Shown here: positions 55,961 to 64,000 of the stretch, piece after piece
Layout of the letters: every line of letters starts with the position of its first letter
How positions within the stretch are numbered: the stretch's first letter is position 1
Assembly: GCA_002269645.1 (NCBI GenBank)
Contig: NIVC01000041.1
Location: 1 to 64,000 of the forward strand
Direction: 5' to 3'
Source of the DNA: Macrostomum lignano
Lineage: Eukaryota
DNA length: 64,000 nucleotides
Notes under the pieces: model-generated
Seen by the model: the letters and a program-made list of their open reading frames with translations, nothing else
Told to the model about the DNA's origin: nothing
The model's database searches: none
Translations under genes and position numbers: made by a program

Positions 55961-56905
55961 GGCACAAAAAGCAGTTTTAGCAGACGCAGGCAATCCAAGG
56001 CGAAAGAAACCTCAAGGCAAGATGGAAAACGCGCAGAACTCGAATAAATGGTTGCAAATTGAAACATTGCCAAAAGCGTCTGCTTGTAGCAGCTTTAATT
56101 TCTTTTCCAAACAACGCGTTTTAGTCGAGCAGGTTGTGAACAGACCGTGAGACCCTTACGAGTAGGCGATCTCTCTATCCACTCAGCCCCTACCAGACTA
56201 TGAACAGAACAGGTCTTCAAAGCTGTGTCTCCTCTCGACAACTCAACTCATTACAGAATACAAAAACTGCAAGAATTCCTAACAAAATATTGCATTGCTT
56301 GACAAACTCAGACCGGTCTGGCTAACAGACAGGCGCTAATGACGCTCTTCTCTTCTGCACTTTTCAGCAGCAGCAGCAGCAGCAGCAGCCCATTTAGAAA
56401 TCAGATAAAAATTGTAAACAGAAAAATAATTTTGAGTACCCAACAGACAAGGCGGTTTTCCTGTCATTATTCAACCTTTGTTTAATACCGTGTTTTGACA
56501 ACGAACTAACCAGATCGTGTTAGAGTTTGTTTGTCTAAAAAGCAGCCAATTTAGTGCTCAAAAAAGTTGCAGGGCTCAGCAACACCTGACCTTAGACTGT
56601 CACATGTCACATGTCAATCAAGCATCATATCTAAGCGGACTTTGACTGCTTGTGGCAATATTTGGCTACAGAGAACAGCTCTTTTAGAAGAAATTATTTT
56701 ATAAACTGGCGCGTACGTCACTCACCGAGCTCAGTTGGATTGCTTGTTAAAGTTGGTTGAGTCCCGAATAGCTGCTCAACACGATGAAGCTTTGAGACAA
56801 AGGGAGAGGCTGGGGACCAGTGACAACGCGGAAGTAATATCGGGGGCATCTCCACTCCCAGCCAGGTTGCACAGAGAACTAAATAATGCAGACGCAAGAT
56901 GAAGC

Positions 56906-56920
56906 GTTGCCATGAGCAAC
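56906..56920. promoter_or_regulatory. RFX X-box-like palindrome GTTGCCATGAGCAAC
   Basis: Fits GTYNCC-N3-RGYAAC; flanked by a GC..GC extension of the palindrome. Confidence 0.5.
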
Positions 56921-57314
56921 GCAGGAATCTGCGCTCCGCACGGGCGGTCAGACCAGCGGCTAGCAGTATCCCCATAGGGAATGCTTAAGAACCAGGATCA
57001 GACACTCAGGATAGGCTAACCAAAATTAGATAGGTGCTTCCAAGTCTCCAAACCCTATTGTTTTGTAAACTATTGTTTCCCAGCCTTGGAAAGTGGAGAC
57101 AATTTAAAAAAGGGTTGAATCTCGGGACTTCAGCATAGCTGGCTTACTTTATCTTACTTGTACTGCCGAAACCTGCTTGTTCAGCCGCTATATTTTCTAG
57201 TTTAACAATCGAAAGTAGGCTAGTTAAACTACTTTAAGTAGATCAATGTTGATTTAAACTTATCTGTTCGATAATTTTCAAATAAACGTGAATACAAAAT
57301 AAAACAAAGAATAG

Positions 57315-59090
57315 AAACGCCCCTGATAGAATCGCCCCTGATAGAATCACCACTAAAAGAATCGCCCCTGAGAGAATCGTCCCTAAGAGAATCGCCTCTG
57401 AGATAATCACCCCTGATAAAATCGCCCCTAGAGAATCACCACTGAGAGAATCACCCATGAGAGAATTGCCCCGGAGAGAATCGCTCCTGAGAGAATCGCC
57501 CCTGAGAGAATCGCCCGGAGAGAATTGCTCCTGAGAGAATCGCCCCTGAGAGAATTACCCATGAGAGAATCACCCCTGAGAGAATCGTCCCGAAGAGAAT
57601 CGCCCCTGAGAGAATCACCCCTGATAAAATCACCCCCTGAGATAATCGCTCCTGAGAGAATCGCCCGTGAGAGAATCGCCCCTAGAGAATCACCCCTGAG
57701 AGAATAACCCATGAGATAATCACCCCTGACAGACTCGCCTCTAAGATAATCACCCCTGATAGAATCGCCCCTGATAGAATCACCCCTGAGAGAATCACCC
57801 CTGATAGAATCGCCCCTGAGAGAATCGCTCCTGATAGAATTACCCTAAGAGAATCGCCCCTGAGAGAATCGCTCCTGAGAGAATCGCCCCTAGAGAATCA
57901 CCACTGAGAGAATCACCCCTGAGAGAATCGTCCCTAAGAGAATCGCTCCTGAGAGAATCGCTCCTGAGAGAATCACCCCTGATAGAATCACCCATGAGAG
58001 AATCGCCCCTAGAGAATCACCCCTGAAAGAATCACCCATGTGAGACTCACCCCTGAGAGAATCGCCCCTTAGAGAATCGCCCCTGAGAGAATCGCTCCTG
58101 AGAGAATCACCCCTGAAAGATCGCCCCTGAGAGAATCGCACCTAGAGAATCACCACTGAGAGAATCACCCCTGAGAGAATCGTCCCTAAGAGAATCGCTC
58201 CTGAGAGAATCGCTCCTGAGAGAATCACCCCTGATAGAATCACCCATGAGAGAATCGCCCCTAGAGAATCACCCCTGAAAGAATCACCCATGTGAGAATC
58301 ACCCCTGAGAGACTCGCCTCTGAGATAATCACCCCTGACAGACTCGCCTCTAAGATAATCACCCCTGATAATATTGCCACTGATAGAATCACCCCTGATA
58401 GAATCGCCCTTGATAGAATCGCCCCTGATAGAATCGCCCCTGAGAGAATCACCCCTGATAGAATCGCCCCTGAGAGAAACGCTCCTGATAGAATTACCCT
58501 AAGAGAATCGCCCCTGAGAGAATCGCTCCTGAGAGAATCGCCCCTAGAGAATCACCACTGAGAGAATCACCCCTGAGAGAATCGTCCCTAAGAGAATCGC
58601 TCCTGAGAGAATCGCTCCTGAGAGAATCACCCCTGATAGAATCACCCATGAGAGAATCGCCCCTAGAGAATCACCCCTGAAAGAATCACCCATGTGAGAA
58701 TCACCCCTGAGAGAATCGCCCCTTAGAGAATCGCCCCTGAGAGAATCGCTCCTGAGAGAATCACCCCTGAAAGGATCGCCCCTGAAAGAATCACCCCTGA
58801 TGGAATCGCCCCTGAGAGAATCACCCCTGATAGGATCGCCCCTGAAAGAATCACCCCTGATGGAATCGCCCCTGAGAGAATCACCCCTGATAGAATCGCC
58901 ACCGATAGAATCGCCCCTGAGAGACTCGCCTCTAAGATAATCACCCCTGATAATATTGCCACTGATAGAATCACCCCTGATAGAATCGCCCCTGATAGAA
59001 TCGCCCCTGATAGAATCGCCCCTGATAGAATCGCTCCTGATAGAATTACCCTGAGAGAATCGCCCCTGAGAGAATCGCCCCTGAGAGAGT
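57315..59090. repeat. 15-bp minisatellite GAGAATCGCCCCTGA (diverged block)
   Basis: Direct. Confidence 0.96.
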
Positions 59091-59894
59091 CTGTCTATCT
59101 GACCAGACCCTTCCTTCGCATCAGAAAAGGACCGTGTCTCAGCAATTTGGAAATCTGGCGATAAATCTTGTGATAGGAGAAACTTTCAACTTTCAATCTG
59201 CATTCAATTTAATTGAAAATCCGCTATCTTGTTATAAAAAGCTGCTTCCAGAGAAAATTTCAGCAGCGTCCTTGTACTTTAGCTGTCCATGAATCGACAG
59301 CTAATAGTTCAGGAAAAAGACAAGTTGGCAAAACCGTATGCACTTAAACAGATTCATTCACTCATTGTTTAATTTTTTAATTCACAGAAAAATTAATACA
59401 TCACGTTTCGCTTTTAATAATAAGATAAAATAATGGAAAATTCTGGGCCCTCATTTCAGACATAAACAGATATATTACGATCCTCATCCACTTGGTTCCC
59501 AGGCTCTTTTCTGCCTTGATCATTGTCCAAAGCTGGCATCCACAGGCGAATGGAGGAGCAGGGGGGCGACCTCAGAGTCGGTTAATTAAGTCCCCCAATG
59601 CCGGGCAAATTAGAGCGCTCAAGAAACTTTAATATTAAATGTGCGTGGAGAGGGGGGACCAGGGAGGGAGCGGTTTGCTTGTGGTTCCGAGAGATAAGAG
59701 GGAACTCCCTGATTTTAATCATGCCTTCTAGTAGCTCGCTAGATATTTCTTCTAAACAGAATTTGCCGCTGATCGAACCTCCGTCGATTGGGGATCAGTG
59801 ACTAACAATATCATCCCGAAAGAAGCTGCACTAAAAAGAAAATTCCTCGATGAACCGCACTGCATAAGAGAATCATCTCTGGGATAAAAATCGC

Positions 59895-60447
59895 CCTAGA
59901 TATAGAATCGCCCCCTGAGAGACTCGCCCTGATAGAATCGCCCCTGAGAGAATCGCCCCTGATAGAATCGCCCCTGATAGAATCGCCCCTGATAGAATCG
60001 CCCCTGATAGAATCGCCCCTGAGAGAATCGCCCCTGATAGAATCGCCCCTGATAGAATCGCCCCTGATAGAATCGCCCCTGATAGAATCGCCCCTGAGAG
60101 AATCGCCCCTGATAGAATCGCCCCTGATAGAATCGCCCCTGATAGAATCGCCCCTGAGAGAATCGCCCCTGATAGAATCGCCCCTGAGAGAATCGCCCCT
60201 GATAGAATCGCCCCTGAGAGAATCGCCCTTGAGAGAATCGCCCTTGAGAGAATCGCCCTTGAGAGAATCGCCCTTGAGAGAATCGCCCTTAAGAGAATCG
60301 CCCTTGAGAGAATCGCCCTTAAGAGAATCGCCCCTGAGAGAATCGCCCTTGAGAGAATCGCCCTTGAGAGAATCGCCCTTAAGAGAATCGCCCTTGAGAG
60401 AATCGCCCTTAAGAGAATCGCCCTTGAGAGAATCGCCCCTGAGAGAA
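59895..60447. repeat. 15-bp minisatellite AGAATCGCCCCTGA(T/G) (homogeneous block)
   Basis: Direct. Confidence 0.96.
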
Positions 60448-60728
60448 ACTTGAAGCAGAGCGCAGTCGGACGGATAGGAGGAGAACACAGAAAGTGCAGG
60501 CATACCAAAGTCTGGTGTTGGAGAGAGGCGACAGGCCCAGTTCGCGCATGCAGTACCAAATGTACAATCGATAAATGAAAGAGCTCCCATGCACAAAAGA
60601 TTCAAATTGCCTTTGCGTGGGAAAGAATTTCTATCGCGAGGTAATACAGACTCCTTAACGACCCCAGTTGTGGATGGAATAATATTGAACATAAATGGGT
60701 TGTTTTTCGAGTTCTGACTGAGGCCAAC

Positions 60729-63700
60729 ATGCTACCCCGCTTGGCTAAACAGAGGCAGTGCGGGTTCGATTTTCCAAGCACCGGAATAATCGATTTAGAA
60801 AAAAAGACTGCCAGAGGTGGCTGGTGGCAGAGGCTTTGGAAATCCGACCCGACTGCATCTTTCAGTTCTGCTGGCGGGATAACTCAGGTGAGTGTTTTGA
60901 GCAGCTGGGGGTATCTCACCTTGCCGTTTCTCTTCCATTGTATTTGTCTTCTATGGAGACGCATTGGAGAGGTGGGGAAAATTTTGATGAGGCGAAAAAG
61001 AAGACGCCTCTGAGGCCAGCGGTTTTGGGTTCCACGGGAGCGCGTGAGGATTTTCCCAGACTGGCGGCTCTAAGGGCCCTAAGCTGATCTCCTATTGGTC
61101 CGGCCTTGTTCCCCACTAAAACAGGCTATAAAATCCTGTGCGAAGAAGCCTAAGGAAGGCTTAAACTTCCTACTGAACGCGAAGTTGCTCAAGTTTGATC
61201 AGAATAAAACTCATCCAGCTGCTCGGCATGAACAAGAACTCAACGGACGTTGAAGCTCGGGTCGAAGTGGACGACAAAGCCGCTTCTGACGCTGCTAATG
61301 AAGTCAGCAACGATGCTGTTGCTGACGAGGAGTCCACTGAACAACAGCAGCGACCGCAGCGGCCTGTGAGGCAGCGGCTCACCCGTCAGGAGCGGCGCCG
61401 TCAGAAGAAACTCGAACGGCGAAGGCGGCAGCTTCGCGAGGCGAAAAGTTTCTGCAAGAAGTTCATCGCCTTCATATTTAGCCACCTGGGCCTATCGGGC
61501 TTCATAGTGGCCTACACCTTTGTTGGCGGGCTGATCTTCCGGGCGATCGAGATGCCCGAGGAGCGGCTGGTCAAAGATGAGGCTGTCAGCTTCCGGAGGA
61601 GGACTACCGAACTGCTGGTCGAGCAGCAGCTGTCTGAGCTCTGCCCTGCCGAGTCGAACTCGAGCTCAGCGATCGGCTTAGCCTGCTCGGAGAGTCTCAA
61701 CCGCCGACTCAGAGAGTTAGCCAACCAGACCGTGTCGGGCATCATCTCCAATGTCACCTGGTTGGTGAAGGAGAGAGGCTGGAACGGCAGCTTCGATGAG
61801 GAAGAGTTTACGTGGAATTTCGCTGGAGCCCTGCTGTTTGTTGTGACCGTGATTACCACAATAGGTGAGTAGCAACAGTCTGCTATCTGCTTGTATTTGC
61901 CAGCAATAATCTACCATATTAATACATTACTTTAATATTTGTGCAAGCAACAGTCTCAAAAAGTGCACAAACTCAGCTTAAACTCGTACTACGCAGTAAA
62001 ACAACCTGGCAACATTGGGAAGTCAATGATGATAGCATATTTTACAAATCAATTAGCTAATTGAAAAAAAAGATAATTTTTATTCGAATGAAATTAACTT
62101 CGAATTTCATCTAAAGCCAGCCTGGAGCGTGTTCGAAATAGTGTACCGGAACTCGGCAGAATGCGATATTCGAGTATGAGCACTGATTATTTGACTGAGC
62201 AATGCGTCCCGTCTCCCTGCTCATTCTCTGGCTGAGATTCTGAGTACGAGTAACACATTATTGTGGGACTTGTGCCCGAAAATTGGTCGTGCGATTCACA
62301 GTTATGAGGGCCAAACCCCAGCATGTGATCTTGGTTATAAAATTAGTGCTTTTGGATAATGTGAGGCCGTACTTATGTATGGAAAGTTGTAAAATCATCT
62401 CACATCATATTCACCGCGGCCTAAACACGATTGAAATTTTAGAACCAACACAAGAGAACATGTTGACTAGCTTGTACTTGAAATTCCTGAGATGCAAAGC
62501 CCGAGACAAGATTACAGAAATCACCCCATCCCGTTAATCCCACCCACGACATTCTGGGACTGGCTTGATCCAACTCTATAGCTCTTCGATATACTCGTGT
62601 GCGGAGCCAGTACTGGCTTATCGTCCTTAATCATGCTCAGAAAATAGCCCGCAGACAGATGAAGGAGAGCCGCGGAGGCCGCGATCGCAGTTCTGTTTGG
62701 TATCAGCTATGTTAGTAACGCTATATGCGCGATCGAATTTGCTTAGGAAAGCGTTAATACAGTTGCGCAGTTTTGAGTGACTAAGTCAAGCCTTGGGGGC
62801 CTGTCTGCTTTCTAGTGCTGTCCTTTTGTGTCTGGTTGTCATAATTGTAAAGTCATTTTCACTACTGTCTGTCTTTATCAGTTTGGTTATTCATTGTCAC
62901 ATACTGTCCACTTGTCCGTCAGTCTTTTACGGGGTAACGTCAGCCTGTCTGTCTATCTGCCTGTCTATTAGCAGCATACTGTCTGTGTCTGCCTGTCTAT
63001 TAGCAGCATAGTGTCTGTGTCTGCCTGTCTATTAGCAGCATAGTGTCTGTGTCTGCCTGTCTATTAGCAGCATGGTGTCTGTGTCTGCCTGTCTATTAGC
63101 AGCATAGTGTCAGTGTCTGCCTGTCTATTAGCAGCATGGTGTCTGTGTCTGCCTGTCTATTAGCAGCATAGTGTCAGTGTCTGCCTGTCTATTAGCAGCA
63201 TAGTGTCTGTGTCTGTCTGTCTATTAGCAGCATAGTGTCTGTGTCTGTCTGTCTATTAGCAGCATAGTGTCTGTGTCTGTCTGTCTATTAGCAGCATAGT
63301 GTCTGTGTCTGTCTGTCTATTAGCAGCATGGTGTCTGTGTCTGTCTGTCTATTAGCAGCATAGTGTCTGTGTCTGTCTGTCTATTAGCAGCATAGTGTCT
63401 GTGTCTGCCTGTTTATTAGCAGCATGGTGTCTGTGTCCGTCTGTCTGTCAATCACCCTTGAACTGCCCCCCTCCGCTTGCCCATTTCTGTCAACCCGTTT
63501 CGCACCCCAGTCTATTTTCACAGGCCAATGCCATCTGTTAACGAACGCCAAAAGTGCAAACTCGACCGCGTGTGGGGAGAAATTAGAAATGGGAAGTTAA
63601 TAAGACTACCAATCCCGACAGCCTTGACTAAGATTTAGCCGAAATCCCCTTCAATTTGAGCCGGGACTGAAACTCGGCTCCCCACGGGAACACAAAATTG

Positions 63701-64000
63701 CCCCAAGAGGCGACTGAGCTGTAAGGAGCCGGGGAAGAAGCAGTTGGGATCTTGGCAAGCGATTGTCTTGGGCAACTGGCTCCTAAAATGCAGAACTTAG
63801 TTTCAAACAAGTGTTATAAGACAGTGAAAACTCTCAACATACAGTTGCTTTTTTCGAAACGAATTTTGCAAAGATTTTTTTGCATAGCGCTGAATGGGGC
63901 TTCACCTTGGGCAAGGCGAGTCGAGAAAAAATCTGAGCTAGAAATTCTTCTAGAAGCCAATCAAATTACCCAACAACCGCCCGCACTGCCAGGCTACGGG
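60729..64000 (+). CDS. Two-pore-domain (TWIK/K2P) potassium channel, 5' part
   Basis: Main exon 61219-61864: FSHLGLSGFIVAYTFVGGLIFRAIE (M1), cap, WNFAGALLFVVTVITTIG (pore 1), donor G|GTGAGT. The next exon starts at 63993 (ccAG|GC TAC GGG), completing TIGYG. A possible upstream coding exon 60729-60887 is in phase 0; otherwise the ATG is at 61228. Confidence 0.9.
62940..63450. repeat. 32-bp minisatellite TGTCTGCCTGTCTATTAGCAGCATAGTGTCTG
   Basis: Direct; lies in the K2P intron. Confidence 0.93.

Noticed and set aside
62100-62900. Possible transposon remnant in the K2P intron
   Set aside because: No terminal repeats, TSD or transposase/RT motif recognisable by eye.

Overview
Eukaryotic genomic DNA with GC-rich exons and AT-rich introns/intergenic DNA, roughly half of it short-period tandem repeat. 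This architecture and gene set suggest a free-living flatworm such as Macrostomum lignano (inference; no database search was run). Hand-splicing GT-AG exons gives nine gene models: (1) a 10-exon ankyrin-repeat gene (+, 1-18375) with two apparent frameshifts; (2) an intronless class-A peptide-type GPCR nested antisense in one of its introns; (3) an F-box protein with an FBXO4-like C-terminus; (4) a GDA1/CD39 NTPDase with signal peptide, an in-frame 21-bp mucin-like repeat and a hydrophobic C-tail; (5) a 3-exon, 85-aa amidated-neuropeptide-like precursor missed by the ORF track; (6) an acidic orphan protein; (7) a 12-Cys Ly6/uPAR GPI protein; (8) a HUNK kinase; (9) the 5' part of a two-pore (TWIK/K2P) potassium channel. 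Most long ORFs in the supplied track are translations of minisatellites. The most interesting non-gene signals are minisatellites made of splice-site-like units nucleated at real exon borders, inverted intronic arrays able to form long dsRNA, a TGTCA/TGACA core shared by many unrelated arrays, and three RFX X-box-like motifs. No CRISPR, rRNA or intact tRNA was seen.
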